This document shows positions 11,660-24,305 of a stretch of 64,000 bases of DNA, piece after piece. Made by a program: the position numbers and the translations under genes. The DNA is taken from contig OZ024743.1 in NCBI GenBank assembly GCA_964016885.1, positions 262,632,001 to 262,696,000 of the forward strand. Direction: 5' to 3'. Numbering within the stretch: the first letter of the stretch is position 1; every line of letters starts with the position of its first letter. This stretch comes from Eledone cirrhosa. Its lineage: Eukaryota. The notes under the pieces were generated by a model. The model saw only the letters and a list, made by a program, of their open reading frames with translations. It had not been told where the DNA came from and did no database searches.

Positions 11660-14600
11660 CTATCACTACTGGCTGCTTTTCGATATGATGGATGTACTAA
11701 GGAATTTCTGGAGAGTCTGAAGAATCTGGACACTCGATGACAATGCCAAAGATAACGACAAATTCACCTCATGCTGCCGGACGAAAGGGCAAGGCCCCCC
11801 TCTTTGTTTCGACCGCGGATGGCCAACATAACCTCAAACTCATTCCCCTCACCCCTCCCCGCGCGCCATCCTCCAAACACAATCCAAAACTTCAGAGTTG
11901 GTACCATGAACGTAGGCACCTTAAAAGGCCGCTCTAACGAGGTTGTAGAATTGCTTGAACGTAAGGAGGTTGATGGTGGAGGGGCGGGTCTGCTAGATTC
12001 ATTGTGGGTAAAAAACGTTGCTATAAGCTTTTCTGGGTGGGGAATGACAATGGGATAGGTGGGGTAGGAATCATGTTAGCAGAAAAATGGGTGGATAAGA
12101 TAATAGATGTAAATAGAGTGAATGACAGAATAATTAAAATAAGACTTGTTCTAAACAGAACTACTGTGACAGTAATATCTGCATACGCGCCCCAATCCGC
12201 ACTGCCTGGCGCTATAAAAGACAGATTCTATGAGACACTGATGCTCACTACCTCCCAAATAACTGACAGTGACTATATAATTATTGCTAGCGACCTAAAT
12301 GGTCACGTCGGACAACATTGTGACGGCTATGACGGAATCCACGGAGGCTATGGGTTTGGTACTAGAAACGAGGAAGGCTCCAGAATCCTGGAATTCTGTG
12401 ATGCAAACAACCTAACTATCTGTAACACTAACTTCAAAAAACGAGACAATCACTTGATCACCTACAGATCAGGAGAACATACCAGCCAGGTAGATTATAT
12501 CCTTACCAGAAGACGTGACAGAGTGTCTGTTGTAAACACTAAATCCCTCCCCCATGAAGAATGCACCTCCCAACATAGACTGATAATTAGCGACCTCATA
12601 GTCAGGACGAGACGTACTAGACAGCAGAAGAGGACTATCCTCAGGAGAAAAATATGGAAGCTAAAGGATCCCACAGCCAGAAATAAATTTCAAAGCATAT
12701 TACTTGATGCTTTTGACAGTAAGGAAGAGCAATTAGAGTCGTACAAGGTAGAGGAACAGTGGGAATTCCTGAAAGCAAACCTGCTGATGGCGGCAGACGA
12801 AGTCTGTGACTGGAGCAGGCCTGTAGGCAGGAGGAGAGTAACATGGTGGTGGAACAGTAAGGTGGAGGGGTCAATCAAGGCCAAAAAGCAGGCTTGGAAA
12901 GCATGGCGGGATGGGGGAAGTAGAGAAGACTATCAAGTGGCCAGGAGGGAAGCTAGGAGACAAGTGTACTTCGCAAGAAGGGAAGCAGAGGAAAGAATGT
13001 TCAAGCATGTTCTACAACACGAGGACCAAAAATGTGAGGTGTTCAGGATTGCTAGGCAATGTGTCAAGGAAAACCGTGATATTGTCAGGGAGAAGTGTGT
13101 CCGTAATGGTGATGGTGTACTTGCCATCACTGACGCTGATAAGAAGGTAGCTCGGAAGTGTCACTATGAGAGGCTACTAAATGAGGAGAATAAATGGGAC
13201 AAAGATAGTCTGCCCCACATCAATCCAATAGAGGGACCAGCAGTTCAAGTTGAAGGTGGTATAATAAGTAAGGCAATCAAAGATATGAAGACGGGTAAGG
13301 CTGCTGGGCCTTCGGAAATAGTTGCTGAGATGCTGAAAGCCTCTGGTACGGTGGGACACACCATGGTCACCCGGATAGTAAACCAAGTCATACAGAATCG
13401 GGTTGTTCCGAAGGACTGGCATAGCAGCATCATCGTCAACTGTTACAAGGGTAAAGGAGATGCCCTAGATAGGAGTAACTATAGAGGCATTAAATTAATC
13501 GACCAGGTCATGAAGGTCATGGAAAAAGTAATAGCGCAACTAATCAGAGAGAGAATTGATCTAGATGAAATGCAGTTCGGGTTTGTGTCAGGCAAAAGTA
13601 CCACAGACTCTCTTTTCATTGTACGACAACTACAGGAGAAGTACCTAGCTAAAAGTAAACCCCTATACTTAGCTTTTGTCGACTTGGAGAAAGCCTTCGA
13701 CAGAGTCCCCCGTTCCATTATCTGGTGGGCTCTTAGAAAACTAGGTGTTGACGAATGGCTTGTGAGAGCTACACAAGCCATGTATAAAGAAACAGTCAGC
13801 AAGGTTAGAATTAACAACGAATATAGTGAAGAGTTTAGCGTAAAAGTTGGTGTCCATCAGGGCTCTGTTCTTAGCCCCCTACTATTTATTATTGCCCTTC
13901 AGGCTATAACAGAGGAGTTCAAGACCGGCTGCCCATGGGAACTCCTATACGCAGATGATCTAACGCTCATAGCTGAATCAATGGCCGAGCTAGAGAAGAA
14001 ATTCCAAACATGGAAGCACAGCCTAGAATCAAAAGGCCTTAAAATTAACCTGGCTAAGACTAAAGTTCTAGTTTGTAGGAAAGAAAATAAGGCGCCGGTC
14101 CCTTCCGGGAAATGGCCATGCTCAGTGTGTAGGAAAGGCGTAGGTAGAAACTCCATTTTATGTCCCAAATGCAAAGTATGGGTGCATAAAAGATGTAGTG
14201 GGATCACAGGTAAGCTAACTAAGAACACAGATTTTACATGTGGCCGGTGCTCTGGTGCAATAAGTAGCAGCAAGTGCCCACAAAATACTAGCTCTTTCAA
14301 TTGCGTAGAGGGTTCTATAGAAATAGTGGACAGCTTCCGTTACCTGGGTCACAAAATCAGCAGTGGGGGAGGGTGCTCTGAAAGTGCAGTAGCTAGAGTC
14401 AGAACTGGATGGAAAAAGTTCAGAGAGCTTATACCACTATTAGCCGCTAAAGGGTTCTCCCTAAAAATGAAAGGCAGGTTGTATGATGCCTGCATACGAA
14501 CAGCAATGTTGCATGGCAGTGAGACCTGGGCATTGTGTGCAGAGGATATACACAGACTAGAGAGGAACGAAGCTTGCATGCTCCGCTGGATGTGTAATAG

Positions 14601-15377
14601 TAATATACGTTAACGGCAAAGCATAAACGAACTAAGGAAAAAATTAGAAATAAGAGGGATCAGATGTTGTTTACTCGAGAGAAGGCTACGTTGTAATGGT
14701 CACGTGATGCGCATGAAAGACGACAGCTGTATAACAAAGTGCAGGGCAATAAAGATAGATGGTAGCCACGGAGTAGACAGACCCAGAAAAACCTGGGACG
14801 AGCTGATAAATTCCGACCCCACACACTTACACCTCTCCAAGACAATGTCACTGGACCGAGACCTTTGGCGGTACTCAATAACAGAGAAGACCCGCCTTAC
14901 AAAGTAAAACCTACTACAGTCAGTAGGCATCTCTAACAAAATACACCCCCGTCCCACCACCCCCACCCCATCCACACCGCCCCTTTCAATGCAAAGTTAT
15001 GTTGGTGCCACAACATCCAGGCCGAAACAAATGAGATCGTGTAGGTGTCACGACAAAAAACACACAGTCCACGCTGTAATGTGGCCGTGTAGGCAACACG
15101 GTAAAAACCTCCCAGTCCCACACTGTAAATGTGGTTGGTGTTAGGAAGGGCATCCAGCTGTAGAAAACACGCCAGAAAGTCCACGCTGTAATGTGGCCGT
15201 GTAGGCAACACGGTAAAAACCTCCCAGCCCCACACTGTAAATGTGGTTGGTGTTAGGAAGGGCATCCAGCTGTAGAAAACCCGCCAGACAGTCCTATGCG
15301 AGCAAGACAACCACTCTTGCCTCAAGTGGGAAAACTCCCGTCCAAACCCATGCAAGCGTGGAACATGGACGTTAAAC

Positions 15378-15408
<31 letters not shown>
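11660..15408 (+). mobile_element. Near-full-length RTE-clade LINE in (TA)n
   Basis: Single APE-RT ORF, 3'UTR with about 103-bp tandem duplication, (GAT)n tail 15378-15408. Confidence 0.93.
11890..14907 (+). pseudogene. RTE ORF: AP endonuclease, RT, embedded PHD finger
   Basis: VGTMNV, SAYAPQ, DLNGHVG, QVDYIL, AFVDLEKAFD, GVHQGSVLSP, LYADD; small frameshifting deletion near 11975; premature TAA at 14611. Confidence 0.92.
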
Positions 15409-15441
<33 letters not shown>

Positions 15442-15627
15442 CAAAGGTATATATTGAGTTAGAAACTCAAAATAGTCTCTTACAATTAAAATTTCTTTCC
15501 TTGAGTTATTTAATTGTAAGAGACTATTTTGAGTTTCTAGCTCAATATATTCGGCTCCTTGCATTTGTTGAGCTAATTTAAATGTCAAGTAAACTTGGCT
15601 GCTATTTTTAGTAGCAAACAGTTTAGT

Positions 15628-15745
15628 GAAGGCGCGTGGCTGAATGGTTAGAGAATTGAATTCGCAATCGTGAGGTTGTGAGTTCGATTCCTGGACCGGG
15701 CGATGTGTTATGTCCTGGAACAAGACACTTTATTTCACGTTGCTC
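15628..15745 (+). mobile_element. SINE family 2, 5' part, truncated where the hammerhead module begins
   Basis: GTGGCTGAATGGTTAGAG..GAGTTCGATTCC..AAGACACTTTATTTCACGTTGCTCC. Confidence 0.75.
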
Positions 15746-15949
15746 CTTCTTCCTGGACTTGCGACCAATAGATAGTATTAGCAATTGGAAAGACCAACGG
15801 AAACATTGGTTCCTTGATCCGATTTGACGAAAAGTCGATTGAGTACAGTTTATGAGACATGCTAGGTTCTGATGCCATGTGCGTTATTTTATATACGCAC
15901 ACTATTCAGTATTCTGAGATACTTAGATGTGAGGGGTTTACTAATTTCC

Positions 15950-16030
15950 ACACCCACTGAAGAGCAATAGAAATGGTAATTCCCTATCACTAATATTGCG
16001 AAACAGCATTACCAAAAGCTGTCTGGGTGT
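15950..16030 (+). ncRNA. Type I hammerhead ribozyme, full-size
   Basis: Stem I ACACCCA/TGGGTGT; CTGAAGA; stem II GCAATA/TATTGC; GAAA; stem III ACAGC/GCTGT; GTC cleavage triplet at 16021-16023. Confidence 0.88.
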
Positions 16031-16204
16031 CTGACAGTTGTCGCAATTTCGGTTTGTATTTCTTTTCTTAATTTATTATTTTAAATTGAGTCTGGCAAAC
16101 CCTATTGTTCATTGTTAGTATTTTTTTCACCCTAGTGAATCTGGTCCCTTACGATTTGAAAACATATATGTATATATCTGTGTTTATCTCTCTTTTATAT
16201 TCAA

Positions 16205-16249
<45 letters not shown>

Positions 16250-16258
16250 TATATATAT

Positions 16259-16460
16259 GCATCATCATCATCATCATCATCGTTTAACGTCCATGTTCCA
16301 CGCTTGCATGGGTTTGGACGGGAGTTTTCCCACTTGAGGCAAGAGTGGTTGTCTTGCTCGCATAGGACTGTCTGGCGGGTTTTCTACAGTTGGATGCCCT
16401 TCCTAACACCAACCACATTTACAGTGTGGGGCTGGGAGGTTTTTACCGTGTTGCCTACAC
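16259..16460 (-). mobile_element. RTE 3'-end fragment nearly identical to 15200-15400
   Basis: Same overlapping peptide FGREFSHLRQEWLSCSHRTVW on opposite strands; (CAT)n next to (TA)n. Confidence 0.9.
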
Positions 16461-17104
16461 ATATTTATATGTATATACCGTGTTGCCTACACATATTTAT
16501 ATGTATATATATATGAATATGTATGTATATACACACACGCATATGCATATATACACATATACAGATATATAAATACATACATATAAATTCAAATAATATA
16601 CAGATATATAAATACATACATATAAATTCAAATAATATACAGATATATAAATATGTACATATAAAATAGATATACATATAAATATCCAGGATTAAATATA
16701 GATATAAGATAAATATAAATATTACCACCATTACTATAAATGGCAGAGGTGGCTGCATCATCATCATCATGGCTATTTATATTTTTGCTTTTCCACACTG
16801 GCATGTCTTAATGGGATGTTTTATAGTAGGATTTTATGGTTGATTGCCCTTCCAGGTGCCAATACCTTTAAATTGCTTTTTATTATATGCATACAAAATA
16901 AGTATAGAAATAACTAAATATGAATCATATAAAGATAAATAAATATAAACATATTAAATATATACGGTATGGTATGGTCTCGTAAATTCTGATAGAATTG
17001 TAGGGGTGCTGTAGTGACATACAGCATTTCTTGGGCATTTGAAGCCTGGCGGAGCCCATCCCTCTCCAGGCCTGAATACAGCAGATTTCTTCCAGAGAGA
17101 GGCA

Positions 17105-17243
17105 GAATCAACCCTAGTACTAGACTGGTATTTATTTTATCAACCTTGAAAAGATGGAAGGCAAAGTTGACCTCGGCAGGATTTGAACTCATATACCATA
17201 CAACATTCTATCCGACGTTCTAACGACTCTGTCAATTCACCAC
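17105..17243 (-). mobile_element. SINE family 1
   Basis: GGCAAAGTTGACCTCGGCAGGATTTGAACTC. Confidence 0.7.
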
Positions 17244-17624
17244 CTATAAATAAATATAGAAATAACTAAATAAATACATATAAAGTATATATAGGCATGA
17301 ATGAGTTATGATATAAATGAATATGTACATAATATATACATATAATATAAATATAGATACAAATACATGCAAACTAATTAGTATTGTAAAAATAAAACTA
17401 TGAAATACATATATGCATATGAAATAAATTTTAAAGATAAGCATGGCTGTGTGGCTAACCCTTTCATGGCCATAATTATAATGAAATACTAAAATTATAA
17501 ATTATATTATTAAGATGTCATTTGTAACATAACTTAACAAAAGGTTCTTATGTCAAATTATGTTGGAAGATTTTAATTTAAAGAGAAATGCTTTAAAGAG
17601 GCACTTCTAATATTGATTATATCC

Positions 17625-18118
17625 TGAACAGCCATACCTCCTGATCATATCCTGAACATCCCAACCGCCTGGTCGTATCATAAATGTCATAGCTTCCTGG
17701 TCATATCATGCACATTGCAACCTCACAGTCATATCATGAACATCACAACCTCTAGGTCATATCATGAACATCACAACCTCCCAGTTATATCATGGACATC
17801 ACAACCTCCAGGTCATATCATGAACATCACAACCTCCTCGTCATATCATCAGTATCACAACCACCTGGTTATATCATGAACATCACAACCTCACTGTCAT
17901 ATTATCAACATCATAACCTCCTGGTCATTTCATGAACATCACAACCTCCTGGTCATATAACCAGCCTCACAACCTCAGTCATATTATCAACATCATAACC
18001 TCCTGGTCATATCATCAGCATCACAACTTCCTGGTCATATCATGAACATCACAACCTCACAGTCATATCATGAACATCAGAATCTCTCAATCATATCATC
18101 AATGTCCCAACCTCCCAC
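17625..18118. repeat. Minisatellite, about 28-bp unit, about 17 copies
   Basis: Consensus GTCATATCATGAACATCACAACCTCCTG. Confidence 0.9.
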
Positions 18119-19309
18119 TCACACAAGATTTAAAATGTCATGCCTACATTGACAAGAGAATAGAAAATCAAGTACTTTAGTATTTGGTGTATTGTGCTTC
18201 AGTAGGAAATTTCTAACAAACAAAATCTGAAATCCAGTTTCGATTCCCCTGGGGAACATTGCTTCTGTTGTTATTGTAGCCATTCTTGTTGTTATTGATA
18301 TTGTAACTGTTGTTATTATTTCTGCCACTGTTATTGCCATTGTTTTTGTTGCTATTGTTGTTGTTTTTGTTACTTCAATTACCCTATTAATAAGGTTTAG
18401 AAAAATACATCGGCTCTGTATTTGCATGGGTGGGTGGTTGGTGGAATGCGATGGGATTGCAACTTCTTTAAGTAATATAGTTAACTGTTGTTAGTATCTG
18501 ATGCTAAAGACCAAGAGGGTGGGACTGGTGTAAGAAGGAAGAGAAATTGGGAAATGTTGTACATTCATTCTAGGATGCTGGGTTAGTAGGAAGAAAAGCA
18601 GTTTGAGACAAATGTGGGAGAGATTGTAGAATTATAGAGTGAGGGTTATTCAAAGTTGAGTGGGTTGGCTTGGGATGGTGACTTGTATAGACAGTAATCA
18701 GTTAAGAATTAGAAACATCTAGAAGAATAAGTTGGTATATGTCATGAAAAGTAAAGATGGTTGTTGTTGTTCTTATAGCCCTTGTGGATGCAGCCTGGCC
18801 AAATGGTCAAGAGGTTCCCTACGCAATCATTAGGTCCTGAGTTCAATCCCACCATTTACCATAGCTTTGGGTTAACCCATGCCTTGTGAGTGAAACTGGG
18901 TGGAAACTGTTTGGAAACCCATCAGATGAACTGTAACTGTAAATCAAATGACTGGCCTTGTCACACATTGTAACACACTGAATCTTCCTGAGAATTACAT
19001 TAATCCCACTTCCATCATCACCACTCCACCTCTATAAAGAACATATGTATTCATATATACTCCTGTGCTTTTTCACTTTTACTTTTTACTTGTAATATTC
19101 AATTTGTATGGAACTTTACCCTTTTTTTCATTTTTTCAACTATATATATATATATGAGCGAGATATGGCCACCCAACCCAACATGCCTCTAAATGGGACA
19201 AACCTGTCTAACCCATGCTAGTGTGGAAGATAGATGTTAATCGATGATGATGAAGATGATGATGATGATATATATATATATGTTAGGTTCACGGTTGGAG
19301 GAAATGGAG

Positions 19310-19347
19310 GTTTCAACGTTTTGGACAGAAGTCCTTCTTCAGGAAAC
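19310..19347 (-). ncRNA. Minimal hammerhead, one core mutation
   Basis: GTTTC CTGAAGA AGGAC TTCT GTCC AAAA(normally GAAA) CGTT GAAAC. Confidence 0.55.
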
Positions 19348-19571
19348 TTCGGAAAAGGAGAGAACAGATAGGCGTATGAGTAGTGTGAGAAGTTTAGGAA
19401 AGGAATTTATGAAAAAAAAGGGAGTTGGGAAAATATATATATATATATATATATATAAGAACAAGTATGACCCCGACGGCAGAGCTCAAGCCGTTTCGAC
19501 GGCTAATTCTGGACGCATATTGAGTACTTTGGTGGGTTATGGTCCATCTGGTTCCTTACCTCATTTCCTCC

Positions 19572-19627
<56 letters not shown>

Positions 19628-19655
19628 ATCAAAAGATGGTTAAAAGAGTTCCAAG

Positions 19656-19726
19656 TATTTTATTATGCGCATTTCCAAAACAAATATCATCATGAGATGA
19701 TATCTGCGTTTTCATCAGATAAAATA
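19656..19726 (-). ncRNA. PLE-type hammerhead in a short module between (TA)n tracts
   Basis: Stem I TATTTTAT/ATAAAATA; CTGATGA; long stem II GCAGATATCATC/GATGATATTTGT; GAAA; palindromic ATGCGCAT; ATA triplet. Confidence 0.78.
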
Positions 19727-19794
19727 GGGATACATGATATGAAGGTTAAAAAACACTTGTGAATAGTGAAGTTTTAAATCAACATATCACCGCC

Positions 19795-19841
<47 letters not shown>

Positions 19842-20029
19842 GAAAGGTGTTTCCTAAAAAACCAGTATGACTCTAAAAACCGGTTTGTCTGTGTGTTTAC
19901 ATACAGAATAGCTGGACACTCACAGTAAAGTGACCAGTGAAAAACTCGGTACATCTACATATGTATACGTGTGTGTATTCATATGCATACTAGTATTTCA
20001 GTATACATATGTGGATGTACATTTTTAAC

Positions 20030-20137
<108 letters not shown>

Positions 20138-20879
20138 GCAGTGGATTAGCAGAACCATTAGAGTGCTGGTCCCCCAAATTGTTGGCCTTTTGCTGCCTAT
20201 GTTAGAAACAATTATATATATATATTATATAGTATTATATACAGATAACATTAAATGCTATATTATATATTATAACATGGGAAGAATTGATTATCTTTAT
20301 GAAAAAAGCTTTTTATAACTTTGCTACATAGATATTCAGTGTCAACTACTGTTATTAGTATAGAGCCATAATTACCCTCATATATAGTCTATATCTAGCT
20401 TTTACCCTTTGTTACCCTATTTCTAATGAAAGACATGTTTTACACTGAATACATCATATAGAGTTGCTACCCACTCCTTTTCTGCATATCAAGTAAAGCT
20501 ACTTATCAGTCTTATCCTCTTTCCTAATTACTTAGCTTTCCTGGTTCTATTTACATTACTATTGCACTAACAAGTTACTTTTTGTCTGGTACCTTGCTTA
20601 AGTCACAGAGTTCAAACATAACCTGCAGCATGTTGTCCCATAGGAATTTCCAATACCAAACAGTTTTTTTTTTAGTTTTTTTTTTTATTAAACTAAAGAA
20701 AATATGTGATAAGAATTGTGCAGTATAAATGGCAATAAGAAAACAAAAAAGAAAGAAAAGAAAAAGACAAAAGGAAAAATAAATTAAGTAACGAAAGGGA
20801 AAGGGTGAGGGAACAACAAACTCTACACCCGAGTCCTGTGCAGTGAATTCTCCTCTGTGTCATATATATCTAACTCCAC

Positions 20880-21400
20880 CTTCTTCTTATCATATGCATC
20901 ATGTAGAGCTTTTTCTGAACCTATATTTAACAGAGAGATCTATTAACTACCAAAGCCTCTTTCTCCAGATTTTCTTGCATTTCTGATTCTGTCTAGTTTT
21001 TATTCTGATGTCACTAATGACTAGTTTATGTTGGGTGATGTATTCTTCTCCAGAAGAGGACTTTACAATTATAACCATCTGTCTATCCTGTTTTCCAATG
21101 TGAATGAAGTCAATTTTGTCTGCATGTTCATAGGATTGCTAGGTGTTCAGATGGCTGGCCAGTTTCCTAAAATTAGTGTTGTAAATAGTTAAGTCATTTG
21201 CATAACAGAATTCTTGATCCCTCTTAATTTCTAAAGCCATATCTATACTCCTGGATTACCATTCTGGTGCTGCCCAACATGTCCATTGAAGTCGTCATCC
21301 TAGATGATGATGTCTCTGTCATCTTTTACTGAAGTTGTCTGTAAGAAGTCCACATAGAAACAGTCCTTTTGTTCTGTACTTAGTTCTGATTGTGCCAACC
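20880..21400 (-). pseudogene. Decayed RTE endonuclease fragment
   Basis: Residual EGSRIL..ANDLTIYNTNFRK..EEYITQHKLVISD similar to 12370-12600. Confidence 0.65.
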
Positions 21401-21450
21401 GTTGTCATTCTATTGCCAATGGGATTTATATATGTGTGTATATAGATATA

Positions 21451-21798
21451 GTAAAAGTAAAAGTAAAAACCCCATTCAGTCACAAGTAATCATGGGGATT
21501 TGTACCTAGAAAGTTTCCTTACCAAGGCACAAGTCCAGACAAAATTGTTTGTGGAAGACCAGCGGTCGCCCATGCATACCAGTCTCCCCTCTCCACGTCA
21601 CTGATGTTATCCAAGGGAAAGGCTAAAGCCAATACAGCTTAGGACCAGTGACATCGTAACCCATTTCTACAGCTGATTAAACTGGAGTAATATGACATAA
21701 AGTGTCATCCTCAAGAACACACAGCCTGTTCCAGAAATTGAATTCACAACTTCACAATCATAAGCTCAATGCTCTAACCACTAAGCCATACACCTTCA
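21451..21798 (-). mobile_element. SINE family 2, full length with (TTTTAC)n tail
   Basis: tRNA-like head at about 21735-21795; GTAAAA repeats at 21451-21468. Confidence 0.75.
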
Positions 21799-22069
21799 GG
21801 TATATAAATGCATGTAGGTAATTGTGTGTTTGGGTGAATAAGATACAACATCTTCAGGAGTTTCATCAATCATTTTGATCTAAATACTTACTTCAATTTA
21901 TATTTACTTATTTTATCGAACTCTATTTGCTGGGTCAAAAGTAAGAACACACATGGACTTATGCACATACCCACACACACTGAATGGTTTATTTCCCAGC
22001 CAATTCTGAATTTGCTTTGCTTTGAGTATGTATGTGTATATGTGTGTGTGTATATATATATATATATAT

Positions 22070-22265
22070 AACAAAGGAAATGTGGTAAGGAACCAGATGG
22101 ACCATAACGCACCAAAGTACTCAATACTTAGGGTAGTAGAGTGGGTAATAGGAACGAGTAGGACCCCAACGGCTGAGCTCAAGCCGTTTCGACGGCTAAT
22201 TCTGGACTGAGTCCAGAATTAGCCGTCGAAACGGCTTGAGCTCAGCCATCAGGGTCCTACTCGTT

Positions 22266-22270
<5 letters not shown>
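22070..22270. mobile_element. Fold-back element with near-perfect about 120-bp palindrome in (TA)n
   Basis: 22148-22270 is self-complementary around GGACT-G-AGTCC. Confidence 0.8.
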
Positions 22271-22306
<36 letters not shown>

Positions 22307-22618
22307 ATACATATATATATATATAATACATATATATATATATATATATACATACATAAATATATATATTTATATACATATATATATATGCATGTGTATA
22401 TATATATATATATAGTATTAGTTATACTATTTATGGTTATGTAAACACAAAACCTTAAGCAGTTGTAAGTATTTTACACACACCCTAAATAGTGGTAGGC
22501 AGTAATGTATTACTACCTTATTACCAGTAAGTTAAGTAGCTCAATGTAAAAACATCAGATGATTTACAGAGCAGTTATATGAAATATATGAATCAAAGAA
22601 CTGTTCAAAACATTATTG

Positions 22619-22665
22619 TGCTTACAGCTGTTTCCTCCAAACCGAGGTTTGGATTCTTCGGAGCA
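22619..22665 (-). ncRNA. Hammerhead, inverted pLTR copy
   Basis: Reverse complement of 25751-25797. Confidence 0.7.
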
Positions 22666-23404
22666 ATTTATTAATGCATGGACAGTTATATGACCTCCTT
22701 TTCAGCCGAGAGACATACCAATACATATTCAAACATTGATACATATTCAAACATTGTGGGTCAACATTCATTACAGAATTTAGAGTGGAAGTACACACTT
22801 CGAGATTACATTTATATTAATAGGTACAATCAAAAAAATCAAAGATATAGGTTAAAGTACAACATGAGGATAAGTGGTTATATAGTGCAAATGTTATATG
22901 TGTGGCACGCATGTGCGTCTTGTTTATATAGTGTGGCAGAGAGATATGTGTGGTAGAGGCACTTAGGTAGGTAAATAAGAGTGTTAGGTTGGTAGATCTG
23001 GTGGCAAAGTCTTTATATGATTGATATAGTCTGTGTGTGGAGAAATATTATAAGCATTAAAGATAGTGCAAGCATTAAAAGTGTTATAAGTATTGGAGAT
23101 GCACAGCGCAGGGATGTCAAGTAATTCATGTACTTCGGTATTTTCATGGTCAAGGGAGTGTATATTTCGATTATATGCCTTTCACATAATCCACGACAAT
23201 CCAGTTAGAGATCGTAGTCTGGTGCTCTTTAGTTCGATACAGGTGGTTGTTACGTTTCGAGAGACGCCATTGAATACCGGAAGTGTGTGTGTGGCTAAGG
23301 GGAGTTAATGCATGCGGGGAGGTAACTCTGGGGTTTCTATATCTAGCCATTAAAATGTGTCTCAATATAGACCCTAAATTCTACGGAAGTAACCATTACC
23401 ATGG

Positions 23405-24305
23405 AAACTACTGTGAGGCCTTAGGAGGAAGCAACACACCAAACACTAAAAGCAAAAATAGAAGAAGAAATAATACATTTTTCAACCCTCCTTTCAACCT
23501 AAATGTCTCCACCAACATACCTAGGGCTTTCTTCTCACTACTAGATAAAAACTTCCCTCTAGGACACAAGTACCACAACCTCTTAAACAAAAACACCATT
23601 AAAATCTCATACTCCACGACGCCTAACTTAGCATACCACATAGCTAGCAGCAATAATAGTAAAATTAGTTCTTACTTCCAACAAACAAAATCGCAACGGG
23701 ATGCAAACCCTCTAAATACCACTGTAGCAAGCAACAATAGCAACGGCAGTAACAATGGAAATAACACTAGTATAAGTAATAACACCAGGGTTGTCAACCT
23801 GAACACCCAAAATCCTATACCCACCACACAGACTTCCGCATTGCATTATAACCAGCGGACTAACGCACAGAATAATTGTAACTGTAGAGCTAATAGAACC
23901 TGCCCTTTAGATAAAAAATGCCTAACCAAGGATGTCATATACTCATGCACAGTCACGACTAATAACTCTTCAGAAACCTATGTAGGCTCCACTTCTAACT
24001 GCTTCAAAATTAGATATAACTCGCACATCCACTCGTTCAAAAAGCACAGCCTAGCCAACTCCACCTCACTTTCTAGCTACATTCACTATCTAAAATCTAA
24101 AAATAAACCATACACACTCAAATGGGAAGTGATAGGCAGCGCGACCTCGTACAAACCACCTAATAAATTCTGTAACCTCTGTATACTAGAGACACACAAT
24201 ATTATCTTCTCCAACCGTAACCTACTTAACAAAAAATCTGAGGTGTTTGCAACTTGCCAGCACCGCCTCAGACATTCCTTCCAAAACTTTAAGCCCCATA
24301 TATAG
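23405..24305 (+). CDS. PLE RT-thumb end, linker and GIY-YIG endonuclease (5'-truncated)
   Basis: FFNPPF, IKISYS, CNCRANRTCPL (CxCx5C), VIY..TYVGST..FKIRYNSH, CNLC..E..LLN..C.H. Confidence 0.88.

Noticed and set aside
17625-18118. Regular repeats resembling a CRISPR array
   Set aside because: Contiguous units without unique spacers, no cas genes, eukaryotic context
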